Assembly: GCA_938015255.1 (NCBI GenBank)
Contig: CALLQC010000017.1
Span: 1 to 61,263 of the forward strand
Direction: 5' to 3'
From: an uncultured Erythrobacter sp.
GTDB lineage: Bacteria; Pseudomonadota; Alphaproteobacteria; Sphingomonadales; Sphingomonadaceae
DNA: 61,263 bases
Position 1 is the stretch's first letter; every line of letters begins with the position of its first letter. The notes under the pieces are model-generated. The model made no database searches. It saw nothing but the letters and a program-made list of their open reading frames with translations, and was not told where the DNA came from. The translations under genes were made by a program, and so were the position numbers. Positions 48,631 to 58,630 of the stretch are shown piece by piece.

Positions 48631-49581
48631 TTGGACTTCGAAGGCGTTCTCCAATTTCTTGATCGACGCCTGAGCGGCGGCGAGGCATGCGTGCTTGTAA
48701 CCGTTTGTGCGGTCGAAGGATCATCGATGCGCAATCCGGGGACACTTATGGGTGTCGCCAGCGACGGGAGCTTTCAAGGCTCGCTTTCGGGGGGCTGCGT
48801 GGAAAATGCAGTTGTCGCTGAAGCTCTTGAAGCATTGGCGAAAAATGAACCGCGCGTTGTGCGGTTTGGGTCAGGCTCGCCCTATCTGGATATCAAACTG
48901 CCTTGTGGCGGCGGGCTAGATGTTCACTTCCTGCCGATCTCTGGGCCGGGCTCATTGGTGAAGGCATGCCTTGGTTCAATTGCGCAGCGCAGGCCATTCT
49001 CTTTGACCTGCTTTGCAGGAGCGGTTGAACATCAGGGCGGATGGCGGTCTGCCAAGCCGCTTTGTGACAGAAACGAAGGCTGGAGCTTTGGTTACTGGCC
49101 CGCACCGCAGCTCAAGGTCATTGGTCACGGAGCCGGGGTTAGCGCGCTGGCTGACCTTGCGAATGCCTTTGGCGTCGCCGTCCAGATATATACGAGCGAT
49201 GATCGCATCCACGCCTCCCTCACCGAAAAATACGTTGAGACGCAATTGCTACGGCGAACCTCGCAGACCGAAGTTCTGGTTGGCGATCCGTGGACGGCTT
49301 TTGTATTTCTGTTTCACGATCACGACTGGGAGATTGACCTGATGGCACACGCCCTGCGCGAGCCGCATTTCTATCTCGGAGCGATGGGCGGACGAAAGGC
49401 ACATGCCATGCGCAGTGAAGCGCTGAGCGCGCGGGGCATTGCGCAGCAAGAGCTCGATGCGTTTCGGGCACCGATTGGTGTGTTTCACTCCTCGCGTGAT
49501 CCGCAGACACTCGCGCTTTCGACGCTTGCAGAAGTGATCCGAACTTATCAGGAAACCGATTTCGAGGCTGCGCTTGGCTGA
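48631..49581 (+). CDS. xdhC: XdhC/CoxI family Moco-insertion chaperone
   Basis: EGSSMRNPG, GSLSGGCVE, LPCGGG, FHDHDWE, YLGAMG, APIG. Confidence 0.88.
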   Translation: MDFEGVLQFLDRRLSGGEACVLVTVCAVEGSSMRNPGTLMGVASDGSFQGSLSGGCVENAVVAEALEALAKNEPRVVRFGSGSPYLDIKLPCGGGLDVHFLPISGPGSLVKACLGSIAQRRPFSLTCFAGAVEHQGGWRSAKPLCDRNEGWSFGYWPAPQLKVIGHGAGVSALADLANAFGVAVQIYTSDDRIHASLTEKYVETQLLRRTSQTEVLVGDPWTAFVFLFHDHDWEIDLMAHALREPHFYLGAMGGRKAHAMRSEALSARGIAQQELDAFRAPIGVFHSSRDPQTLALSTLAEVIRTYQETDFEAALG

Positions 49582-50158
49582 TATTGTCCGCCCGGTGGTC
49601 GCCGTCCTTGCGGCGGGTTCTTCAAAACGTTTCGGCAAAGAAGACAAGCTGGCTTGCGATTTTCGCGGCGAGATGCTGGGCGTCCACTCTATCAGAGCGA
49701 TACCGCGCCAACTCTTTTCCCACGCATGGGTCATTGCCGCAGATGCTCGCCATCCATGCACTGCCGACTGGAACAATGCCGGGTTCGAAGTGCAGATCAA
49801 TGAGCGAAGCGCGAACGGCATGGGTACATCGGTTGCTTTAGCAGCGCAGCTCGCAATCCGCGCGCAGGCCGGTGCCCTGCTTATCACGCTCGCCGATATG
49901 CCTCTTGTCCCTGCGAGCCATTTTGGGGCTTTGTTCGAAGCCGGACTGGAAAGAGGGTTTCGGCAAGCTGTCTCCTCCTGCGATGGGAAGACTCCTCAGC
50001 CTCCGGCGATGTTCGGGCCAGACCAATTCGAAACCTTGGCGCGGATCAATGGTGATCAGGGGGCAAAGGGCTTGCTCGAAGAAGGATACTCGATCGACTG
50101 CCCCCAGCACTGGCTCGCTGACGTCGATACGCCCGCTGCGCTCGCCGCCTTGCAATAG
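49574..50158 (+). CDS. mocA: Molybdenum cofactor cytidylyltransferase (MocA-like)
   Basis: VLAAGSSKRFG..DKL, GMGTS, LADMP, GDQGA, DVDTP. Confidence 0.82.
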   Translation: MADIVRPVVAVLAAGSSKRFGKEDKLACDFRGEMLGVHSIRAIPRQLFSHAWVIAADARHPCTADWNNAGFEVQINERSANGMGTSVALAAQLAIRAQAGALLITLADMPLVPASHFGALFEAGLERGFRQAVSSCDGKTPQPPAMFGPDQFETLARINGDQGAKGLLEEGYSIDCPQHWLADVDTPAALAALQ

Positions 50159-50201
50159 GCTGGATCACGGCTTTGGGTAAGCAAAGCCGAAGCGACGCAA
50201 A

Positions 50202-51668
50202 TCAGTCTAATCCCAGCTTATCCAGATCCATCGTCGCTGCGGAATAGCTGGCTGCGGCAAGCCGTCCGGTCAGCTCCGCCCGGATAGATCGGATTTGCGC
50301 GTCGGCGGCACTCTCCTCTCGCAGATTGACAAGAAAGAAGTCGCCTGCACCAAGGTCGAAGCGCTTGCGTTCTGCATTGACCATCGCGTTTGCTTGTTGA
50401 ACTTCCTCGCGGGCAAGACCCGACAATTCGAGCGCGGCAGTCAAATTGGTCACAATATTGCCAATCTCAACTTCGATCTGGTCCGCAATCTGTCGCCGCT
50501 TCAATTCTTTCTCTCGTAGCTCCGCCTCTGCACGCTGCAAGCGCCCTCGGGCTTCGCGGCGCTGAAGCGGAACGGTGAATTGCACACCAACAACGGTATC
50601 TGTGCTGTCAAAGGTCGAGCCGCCGTCCCCGATTCCGCCGAAATCGCGCGATAGCTCGACATTGAAATCGAGTTTTGGACGCAGATCGTTGCGGCGCAGT
50701 TCGATCTTGTTGGTGGCCCGCTGGATTGCGATGGCAAGCTCCTGCAATTCCGGTCGTTCTTCAACAAGCGCGTTTGCATCGGCGGTGAGCAATGCGTCCA
50801 CGTCAGGCAATGCATCGATCGTTTCGTCGTCCGGCAATTGTTCGCGTGTCGGGCTGATCAGTTGGCCGGTGCGATCGCGCAGGTAATAGGACAAGCTTGT
50901 CGATGCGACGGCGAAATTGCGCTGTGCCTGCGCAAGCAATGTCTTTCGCCGGATGATGTTTTGTTCGTTTTCGGTAATCGCAATCTGCGGCGTGGCCCCT
51001 GCTCGGACCTGCCGTGTCAGGCCAATCATTCTGGCCTGCGCGATCTCGAGCAATTGTTCGTACACGCGGATTTCCCGCCCTGCAGCGACCCAGCGCCAAT
51101 AGGATTTGAGGGCTTCGTGCTGAACATTAAGCTGCACAAGAAGAACGTCCAGCCTGGCCTGCCCCGTGGCTAGCCGCGTGTCTTCCAGCGCAAAGCGCCG
51201 CTTGTCGATTCGCCGGTCACGCAGCAGAGAGAATAGAGCGCCGACCTTGAATTCACCCAGTTCATTCGTGTTGTAGATGTTCTCGTAAATCGGAAAGCGG
51301 CCATCTGACAGGCGATAGCTGCCATAAACCTCGCCTCCAAAAGGCTTGATCGGCTGGGTTGCTCCGACCGACGCGAACCCACCCGAAAATGTTCCGGTTA
51401 CCCGGTCATAGGCTTCGCCTTCCAGAATTAGGTCAAACGCGCCGTCTGCTGCCAGTTGGTCGCTCCGCGCAGCCGCTTCTCGCTCGAAACTGGCGAGGAT
51501 GCTGGGGAAAGTCAGAGCAGAGCTTCGCAGGACTTCATCGGGAAGCAGCGGACCATCAAGAATGGCCTGATCGATCGGCTGCTCGAGTTGCGCAATGTCC
51601 TGCGCCTGAGCAGGGACCGCGAGCGCAGCGAATGCCCAAAGAGTACCCATTGCTGGCCAACGCCCCAT
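50202..51668 (-). CDS. TolC-family outer membrane efflux protein
   Basis: Signal ending AQA; long amphipathic helices; RPEL, FTVPL, RFDLGAGDFFLVNLRE. Confidence 0.87.
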   Translation of the reverse strand: MGRWPAMGTLWAFAALAVPAQAQDIAQLEQPIDQAILDGPLLPDEVLRSSALTFPSILASFEREAAARSDQLAADGAFDLILEGEAYDRVTGTFSGGFASVGATQPIKPFGGEVYGSYRLSDGRFPIYENIYNTNELGEFKVGALFSLLRDRRIDKRRFALEDTRLATGQARLDVLLVQLNVQHEALKSYWRWVAAGREIRVYEQLLEIAQARMIGLTRQVRAGATPQIAITENEQNIIRRKTLLAQAQRNFAVASTSLSYYLRDRTGQLISPTREQLPDDETIDALPDVDALLTADANALVEERPELQELAIAIQRATNKIELRRNDLRPKLDFNVELSRDFGGIGDGGSTFDSTDTVVGVQFTVPLQRREARGRLQRAEAELREKELKRRQIADQIEVEIGNIVTNLTAALELSGLAREEVQQANAMVNAERKRFDLGAGDFFLVNLREESAADAQIRSIRAELTGRLAAASYSAATMDLDKLGLD

Positions 51669-51670
51669 GG

Positions 51671-52714
51671 CTAAAGCGCCTGGCCCTGCGTGTTCGGCGC
51701 AGGGGGAAGTTCCGGGGGGAAGTTATTGAGTTGACGCCATATTTCATATCCGACCGGCACTGTTTCGAGCAAAACCCATGCGCGCACGGCAGCTCCAAAC
51801 CGGGCATAGCGTTCTTCGGGCCAAGGCTGATCAGCATCAGGATCTTCTGCGATAAGTACACGAAAACGCCCATCAGCCTGAGCGGACTGGTCCACCGTGG
51901 TTACAACGCCGCCAAAAGTTCCAATTGCGACCGAAGGCCAGCCGCTGAACTGGACCGCAGGCCAGCCTTCGAACTGGACGCGGGCCTTTTCACCAGTCTG
52001 CAACAGACCGACATCCCGCCCGTCCACGAATATCTCGATAACGCGCTCCGAGGTTTCAGGTACAAAGCTGGCCAGAACATCACCGGCGTTTACGAGGGTC
52101 GCTGCATCACCTGAATTGACCGACTGGATAAAGCCGTCGCGCGGAGCGACAACGAGCTGTTCGGACTGCCGTGAAAGGGCGGTATCGGCGCGCGTGAGGT
52201 TCGCCTGGGCTTCGGCAACCCGCCCGCGCATTTCTTCCACTCGGATCTGTGCCTGTTCATAATCTCTGCGTGCAACAAGACCCTCTGCGAACAATTCAGC
52301 CATTCGCCGTTCATCGATTTGCGACGTGGCCAAGGCATTCTGGGCCGACTGGAGCTGGATCTGCAGTTGCTGCCGTTCCGCGCCCAGCCGCTCAACCAGA
52401 CGCGGATCGATATCGGAAATGCGCGCGATGGGATCGCCTTTCAAAACGGCGCTGCCGTCACGCACGAACCATTCTTCGATCCTTCCCGAAACGAGAGCAT
52501 TGATGTCTTGTTGCCGCTCGTTGGGATTGAGTGTTGTGACAACGCCCTGACCGCCAGTGGTCTGCACCCAGGGTACAAAGGTGAGAAAGCCGATCGCTGC
52601 GACAATCGCGGCAAGGACGATCACATAGACAGCGCGCATTACACGAGGTTTTTGTATCGCGTGGAGCGCGGTAAAATGCGCCATGTCATCTTTGTTTCTG
52701 ACGAGCGATTTCAT
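51671..52714 (-). CDS. HlyD-family membrane fusion protein
   Basis: N-terminal TM; lipoyl half-motifs SGRIEEWFVRDG..V.KGDPI and VVAPRDG; coiled coil. Confidence 0.9.
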   Translation of the reverse strand: MKSLVRNKDDMAHFTALHAIQKPRVMRAVYVIVLAAIVAAIGFLTFVPWVQTTGGQGVVTTLNPNERQQDINALVSGRIEEWFVRDGSAVLKGDPIARISDIDPRLVERLGAERQQLQIQLQSAQNALATSQIDERRMAELFAEGLVARRDYEQAQIRVEEMRGRVAEAQANLTRADTALSRQSEQLVVAPRDGFIQSVNSGDAATLVNAGDVLASFVPETSERVIEIFVDGRDVGLLQTGEKARVQFEGWPAVQFSGWPSVAIGTFGGVVTTVDQSAQADGRFRVLIAEDPDADQPWPEERYARFGAAVRAWVLLETVPVGYEIWRQLNNFPPELPPAPNTQGQAL

Positions 52715-54498
52715 TGGCCGATTGCCTTGTGATCTGCGATCTGGCCATCCGGCGATACTGATGCGTCACCTGGCGTTCTGCGCGGGGGCTGCCTGTTCAC
52801 GGCGAAGCAGAAGTCATCGAAGTTGTCGTAATAGGTCTGACGCTTCGCTTCGAGGTGAAGAAACTTGTCGAAGCCGAGGTCGATGCGCCGATTAGAGAAA
52901 CAGATAACGGTTGAATAGGCCTGTTCGCGCAGCTCCGTCACCGCACGGGCGAGGTTATCTTCGTCAAGCAGGTCGAAAAGCTGGCTTAGAACCAGCACGC
53001 GCGGTTGCTCGAGCAGCGCGTTAGCCAGTTTCAACTGTTGCAGCTCGACCACAGACAGCGGATAGCCCGTTGAGGCGACCTGTGTATCCAATCCTTTTTC
53101 GAGTGTCGAAATCGTGTTGGCGAGGCCTACTGTTTCCAGAGCTTTGACCATACGTTTGGGTGCTGTATTCGGGCAAGACAGGCCCAGATATTCGCGGATG
53201 GTCATGCCTACAAAGGTCGAGCGCTCAAGAACGTGCACATCCTTGCGAAGGTTGTAGGCCTCTATCTCTTTAAGATCGATATCACCCATTGTTGCAAAAC
53301 CGCCCTTGGGCATTTCGTGCATCTTGAGCACATTCGTGAAGAACCGTTGAACCCCGGGTTGGCTCGCAGCGGCCATGATGATTGCACCGCTGGGGACTTC
53401 AAAATTCAGTTCGACCGCTTCGTTGCGCGCAATCCCGGCGACCCGGTTGAACTCCAATGTGTGATTGGTACCGCTGACCGGGTCGTCGCCGCGGTTTTGT
53501 TCCTGTTCAACGTCATAGAACAAGGAAAGCTCTTCAACTGCCGCGCATAAGTCATAGAAATATGTCAGATAAGTGCCAAGTTGCGCGACGCCAAAGAATG
53601 CGACTGAGAGCACCAATTCGGCGGCGACCAATTGGCCCAATGTCAGCTGGCCCTGGATCACGAGCCAACCACCTAAACCCAATAAGACAGCGCTGGCACT
53701 CGCATACATTAACAGGAACGCCAGTGTCTGGGCGAAATGCTGGCGGAAGTGGCGTTTGCGAGCGTCGATATAGCCGTGTGTCTGCTCATCAGTCTTGTCG
53801 AGTGCGTAATCGATGCGGCGCTGAGATTTGAAAAAGCCATTGGACGCGCCAATCGTTTCCAACCACGCGGCAGTTTCGTGCTTGGCGTGCGAGAGATCGA
53901 TGCCGGTGCGGATGGCACGCCCGCCCCATGTCAGCCAAATCACCCAGATCAGGGCACTCATCACAAGAGTGAAAACGAGGAACAGGGGGTGATAGAGCGA
54001 CACCAGAACAAAACCGACCGCCACCTGAAGCACGACCGTGAACCCGCCGATAAACAATACGGGCAATGCGATCTGGACATTGATGACGTCAAAATACCGG
54101 TTGAAGAGGGAGCTCTTCTTCACGTCGCTGAAAAACGGGTTTTGTGCGTAAACGGAGATCAGGGTTATCTCCGCCACCATGCGGGCGTAAAATCGCCGGG
54201 CAAATAACTCCATCAGATGGATGCGCAGGGCATTGAGCAGGCCGAAAAGAACCAGGACGCCAAACAGAGAAACCGAAAGCATTACGAGTGGTGCGGCCAG
54301 CGCGGTGTTAGCGACTGTGTTGATCAGCATCTGGACCGAAATCGGCGTAGCCAGAGACAGCAGGCTGACACCGAGACCGTAGACGAGCGTGAGCCAGTAA
54401 AAACTTCTCTCCGGCCTGAGGATAGCGAGGAATTCGCGGAAAAACTGCCTGAGGGAAAGGCGCGTTCCATAGCTTTCGGTGTCAGCGGCAAGAGCCAT
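52711..54498 (-). CDS. Type I secretion-like ABC transporter (TM domain + degenerate nucleotide-binding domain)
   Basis: ABC TM motifs LATPISVQMLIN and LVIQGQLTLGQLVAAE. The NBD lacks canonical Walker A, LSGGQ and Walker B DE. Confidence 0.85.
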   Translation of the reverse strand: MALAADTESYGTRLSLRQFFREFLAILRPERSFYWLTLVYGLGVSLLSLATPISVQMLINTVANTALAAPLVMLSVSLFGVLVLFGLLNALRIHLMELFARRFYARMVAEITLISVYAQNPFFSDVKKSSLFNRYFDVINVQIALPVLFIGGFTVVLQVAVGFVLVSLYHPLFLVFTLVMSALIWVIWLTWGGRAIRTGIDLSHAKHETAAWLETIGASNGFFKSQRRIDYALDKTDEQTHGYIDARKRHFRQHFAQTLAFLLMYASASAVLLGLGGWLVIQGQLTLGQLVAAELVLSVAFFGVAQLGTYLTYFYDLCAAVEELSLFYDVEQEQNRGDDPVSGTNHTLEFNRVAGIARNEAVELNFEVPSGAIIMAAASQPGVQRFFTNVLKMHEMPKGGFATMGDIDLKEIEAYNLRKDVHVLERSTFVGMTIREYLGLSCPNTAPKRMVKALETVGLANTISTLEKGLDTQVASTGYPLSVVELQQLKLANALLEQPRVLVLSQLFDLLDEDNLARAVTELREQAYSTVICFSNRRIDLGFDKFLHLEAKRQTYYDNFDDFCFAVNRQPPRRTPGDASVSPDGQIADHKAIGQ

Positions 54499-54668
54499 GA
54501 ATACGTTTCCGTCGGTTCACAGTTGAAAAAGTCGTTTCGCAATTGTGCACACGCCGGTATCCCTACCCTGACGTTTGAGCGGTCATAACTCGCCGTAGCG
54601 CTGTTAAAACGCACTTCACAGAAGGCGGTTCCACTAAATTCGGTACCGACACAATATTAGGATTGGTA

Positions 54669-55307
54669 ATGGTAGATCTGAATTCTCGTTTGAGTTCCGC
54701 CCCGGTCGTTCCCCTGGTGGGAGATGACGATGCCGGCAGGGCTGTTGCTACGGCTCAGGCTTTGGGCCGGGGTGGTTTGACTGTAATCGAAGTGGTCTTG
54801 CGCAGCCCTCGCGCACTTGATGGTATGAAAGCCATCATTGAGCAGGGTGGGGATCTGGTCACTGGGGCCGGCACTGTACTCACACTTGATCAGGCTAAAG
54901 CCGTTCGGGATGCCGGTGCTCAGTTTATTGTCTCGCCTGGTCTGGTTGACGAGATCGCCGAGTATTGCCTTGCCGAGAATATACCTTTCTTTCCCGGTAC
55001 GATGACCGCTGGCGAGGTACAGCGGGCCTATGCCTTGGGATTGCGCGAAGTGAAATTCTTTCCTGCAACGCTTGCGGGAGGTGTACCCATGCTGAAAGCG
55101 CTGGGCTCAGTGTTCGGCGAGATGCGCTTTATGCCCACCGGGGGCGTTTCGGCGGCCAATCTGCCAGACTTCCTCGCATTGCCACACGTGCTTGCCTGCG
55201 GGGGAAGCTGGCTGACCCCCAAAGATGTCGTCGCCGCAGGCGACTTCGACACTGTCACGCAGCTTGCGCGCGATGCGGTTGAGATCGCCGGAACCGTGCG
55301 GAGCTGA
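54669..55307 (+). CDS. eda: KDPG/KHG aldolase
   Basis: IEVVLRS, GAGTVL, GAQFIVSPG, VKFFPA, FMPTGGV, GGSWL. Confidence 0.92.
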   Translation: MVDLNSRLSSAPVVPLVGDDDAGRAVATAQALGRGGLTVIEVVLRSPRALDGMKAIIEQGGDLVTGAGTVLTLDQAKAVRDAGAQFIVSPGLVDEIAEYCLAENIPFFPGTMTAGEVQRAYALGLREVKFFPATLAGGVPMLKALGSVFGEMRFMPTGGVSAANLPDFLALPHVLACGGSWLTPKDVVAAGDFDTVTQLARDAVEIAGTVRS

Positions 55308-55316
55308 CCTTCCCGC

Positions 55317-56396
55317 GTGACGGACTTGTGCAAGCATGTTCTGCTGATTGGCGGCGGACACGCCCATGTCGCGGTTCTGGCCGATTGGGCGCGTGGCGGT
55401 CTTCCTTGTCCCAAAGCGACCCTTCTGACGCCGCACAAAACCTTGCGCTACTCTGGCACTGTGCCTGGCTGGATCAGCGGTCAATATGAGCGCGACGCTG
55501 GGTTGGTAGACCTTGCCGCACTTGCCGCAGCGGCAGGTGTGGAATTGAAACTGGATCGATGCGTGGGCATCGATCCTCAAGCGCTGATTGCAAAGACTGC
55601 TGACGGCGGCCATGTCAGCTTTGACATCGCATCGATTGATACGGGTGGAATCGGCAGGGCAGAATTGCTTCTTGGCAGTGACCCCCGACTACTGGATGTG
55701 AGGCCGATCGACGACTTTGTCAGAAAGCTGGATGGATTTGGCAGCGTTGCTCACTCGGCGGTCGTCGGCGGCGGTGCCGCAGGTGTGGAACTGGCATTCG
55801 CACTGCGCAATCGCAGCGGCGGCACTCAGGTCACGCTGTTCGCGGGCGAGAGCGGAGTATTGCCCGAGCAGTCCTCTCCCGTGCGACGCAAAGTCGCCAG
55901 AGAACTAGATCGCCAGAACATCACCTGCATCGACGAAGACGTTCAGCTTCATGACGATGTCCTGCGACCTTTCGATCTGATTGTCGCCGCTTTGGGCAGC
56001 GGCGCGCCTGACTGGCCGGGACAAAGCGGGCTGAAGACCTCTGAAGAGGGGTTTATCGCCGTTGACAGGCACCAAAGGTCGACTTCGCACCCGCACATCT
56101 TTGCTGTGGGTGACGTGGCTATGCGAACAGACCGCGAGGTTGCGCATTCCGGAGTTCACGCTGTGATGGCCGGGCCTGTTCTGGCCGACAATCTGCGAGC
56201 TGCTATTTCAGGCCTCCAGCCATCCAAGGTCTATCGTCCGCGCTGGTTCAGCCTGTATCTGCTTTCCACCGCGCGAGGAGAGGCGATACTCAGCTACGGG
56301 CCGCTTGCTGCACAGGGGAAGTGGGCTGCGCGGTTAAAGCATTGGATCGACATGCGCTGGATCAGGCACTACGCGAAAACAGGACGCGGGCTGTAA
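55317..56396 (+). CDS. FAD-dependent pyridine nucleotide-disulfide oxidoreductase-like protein (resembles the N-terminal domain fused to SelD in some bacteria)
   Basis: LIGGGHAH, YSGTVPG, VVGGGAAGVELA, IFAVGD, GVHAV.AGP.L, K.WID..W. Confidence 0.82.
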   Translation: MTDLCKHVLLIGGGHAHVAVLADWARGGLPCPKATLLTPHKTLRYSGTVPGWISGQYERDAGLVDLAALAAAAGVELKLDRCVGIDPQALIAKTADGGHVSFDIASIDTGGIGRAELLLGSDPRLLDVRPIDDFVRKLDGFGSVAHSAVVGGGAAGVELAFALRNRSGGTQVTLFAGESGVLPEQSSPVRRKVARELDRQNITCIDEDVQLHDDVLRPFDLIVAALGSGAPDWPGQSGLKTSEEGFIAVDRHQRSTSHPHIFAVGDVAMRTDREVAHSGVHAVMAGPVLADNLRAAISGLQPSKVYRPRWFSLYLLSTARGEAILSYGPLAAQGKWAARLKHWIDMRWIRHYAKTGRGL

Positions 56397-56439
56397 CCGC
56401 GATACATTGCCGCGCGAACCGGGGATCATCAGGCCAATT

Positions 56440-58593
56440 ATGTACAAGAAAATTCTCATCCTCGCTGCGCTCGCCGCACTGGTCGCCGCCTATTTTGCCT
56501 TTGATCTCGGCAGCTATCTGACGCTGGACGGTATCAAGCAGGCTTCAAGCGATGCCGCCGCGTTTTATGATCAAAATCCAGCAGTGGTGCTCGGCGCATT
56601 CTTTCTAATCTATGTCGGCGTGACCGCTGCGTCATTGCCCGGTGCTGCGATCCTGACGTTGGCTGCAGGGGCCTTGTTCGGACTTGTTACCGGCACGATC
56701 CTCGTTTCTTTCGCCTCCACGCTTGGCGCGACTCTGGCCTTTCTGTCCTCGCGATATGTCCTTCGCGATACGATTGAGAGCAAGTTTGGCGAACGACTGA
56801 AGGCGATTAACGAAGGGCTTGAACGTGACGGGGCATTCTACCTTTTCACCATCCGCATGATCCCGTTGTTTCCGTTTTTCGTCGTCAACCTCGTTATGGG
56901 TCTGACCCGGATCAAGACATTGACCTATATCTGGGTCAGCCAGATCGGGATGTTGCTCGGTACGATTGTTTATGTGAATGCCGGGACGCAGCTGGCGCAG
57001 ATCGATAGCCTTTCCGGCATTGCATCGCCGGCAGTGATCGGCTCCTTCGTGCTGCTTGGCATTGCTCCATGGTTTGCCAAGCTGATCATCGGCATCATCA
57101 AGCGCCGCAAAGTCTACAAAGGCTTCACCAAACCCAAATCGTTCGATCGCAACCTTGTAGTTATCGGCGCAGGCTCTGCGGGCCTCGTGTCCGCATACAT
57201 CGCTGCGACCGTGAAGGCGAAGGTTACTCTTGTCGAAGCGAATGAAATGGGCGGGGACTGTCTCAACACGGGCTGTGTGCCTTCCAAGGCGCTGATCAAG
57301 AGCGCCAAGGTTGCCGCCACCATGCGTCATGCCGACAAGTACGGGATAGAGCCGGTAGAGCCCAAGGTGCCGTTCAAACAGACAATTGCGCGCGTCATGG
57401 ACGTGATCAAGGCAATCGAGCCCCATGACAGCCCGGAGCGGTACGAAGGGCTGGGCGTCGACGTCGTCAAAGGCTACGCCAAGATCATCGACCCGTGGAC
57501 GGTCGAGATTGCTCGCAATGATGGCGGATCAGGCGGCACACCGCAACGGCTCACCACGCGCAGCATCATCATCGCCAGCGGGGCGCAGCCATTCGTGCCG
57601 CCATTGGAGGGGATTGAGACCAGCGGCTATCTTACCAGCGACACGATGTGGGATGCCTTCGCAGAGATGGACGAAGCGCCGCGCCGCGTTGCCATTCTCG
57701 GCGGCGGTCCGATTGGATGCGAGATATCTCAGGCACTTGCACGACTTGGTTCGAATGTGACGCAAGTGGAGATGGGCGAACGCGTTCTGGGACGCGAGGA
57801 TGAAGAGGTATCCGCTCTGGCACAATCCGTGCTCGAAGAATCTGGCGTTACCGTTCTTACAGGGCACAAGGCGGTTCGTGTCGCAAATGGCGCGCTTTTC
57901 ACCGAAAGCGGCGATGGTGAAAAACAAATCGCGTTCGACACGCTGATCATCGCCGTTGGCCGCAAGGCGCGGCTCAAAGGCTTTGGCCTTGAGGACATCG
58001 GTGTAGACACCGACAAGACGGTCAACACTGATGAATTTCTGGCCACCAAATTCCCGAATATCTTCGCTGCGGGCGATGTCGCCGGGCCATATCAGTTTAC
58101 GCACACCGCCAGCCATCAGGCATGGTTTGCCAGCGTGAACGCGCTGTTTGGAACGTTCAAGAAGTTCAAGGCAGACTACCGGGTGATCCCGGCTGTCACA
58201 TTCCTTGATCCCGAATTCGCGCGGGTCGGCCTTAATGAAACCGAGGCGAAGGAGCAGGGCATCGATTACGAGGTGACCCGTTACGATCTCGATGATCTCG
58301 ACCGTGCCATTACCGAAAGCGAGACAAAGGGCTTCGTCAAAGTGCTCACTCCGCCGGGGAAAGACACCATTCTTGGCGCAACAATTGTCGGCAGTCACGC
58401 AGGTGAATTGTTGGCGGAATATGTGCTGGCGATGAAGCACAAGCTCGGCCTGAACAAGATTCTCGGCACGATCCATTCCTATCCGACCATGGCAGAGGCG
58501 AACAAATTTGCCGCTGGTGACTGGAAGCGGGCAAACAAGCCGGAAAAGCTACTGGAATATGTCGAGAAATACCACGATTGGCTGCGGGGCTGA
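56440..58593 (+). CDS. TVP38/DedA (VTT) membrane domain fused to class I disulfide reductase (LpdA/MerA-like)
   Basis: SLPGAAILTLAAGALFG and R.IPLFPFFVVN (VTT); VIGAGSAG, GGDCLNTGCVPSK, LGGGPIG.E, HSYPTMAE. Confidence 0.9.
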   Translation: MYKKILILAALAALVAAYFAFDLGSYLTLDGIKQASSDAAAFYDQNPAVVLGAFFLIYVGVTAASLPGAAILTLAAGALFGLVTGTILVSFASTLGATLAFLSSRYVLRDTIESKFGERLKAINEGLERDGAFYLFTIRMIPLFPFFVVNLVMGLTRIKTLTYIWVSQIGMLLGTIVYVNAGTQLAQIDSLSGIASPAVIGSFVLLGIAPWFAKLIIGIIKRRKVYKGFTKPKSFDRNLVVIGAGSAGLVSAYIAATVKAKVTLVEANEMGGDCLNTGCVPSKALIKSAKVAATMRHADKYGIEPVEPKVPFKQTIARVMDVIKAIEPHDSPERYEGLGVDVVKGYAKIIDPWTVEIARNDGGSGGTPQRLTTRSIIIASGAQPFVPPLEGIETSGYLTSDTMWDAFAEMDEAPRRVAILGGGPIGCEISQALARLGSNVTQVEMGERVLGREDEEVSALAQSVLEESGVTVLTGHKAVRVANGALFTESGDGEKQIAFDTLIIAVGRKARLKGFGLEDIGVDTDKTVNTDEFLATKFPNIFAAGDVAGPYQFTHTASHQAWFASVNALFGTFKKFKADYRVIPAVTFLDPEFARVGLNETEAKEQGIDYEVTRYDLDDLDRAITESETKGFVKVLTPPGKDTILGATIVGSHAGELLAEYVLAMKHKLGLNKILGTIHSYPTMAEANKFAAGDWKRANKPEKLLEYVEKYHDWLRG

Positions 58594-58630
58594 GCTGGCC
58601 TAAGGCACCGCCGGATCAGGGGAGCAAGGT

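Noticed and set aside
56440-58593. Mercuric reductase (merA) or lpdA call
   Set aside because: No C-terminal Cys-Cys, no mer genes nearby, and no HPT catalytic His.
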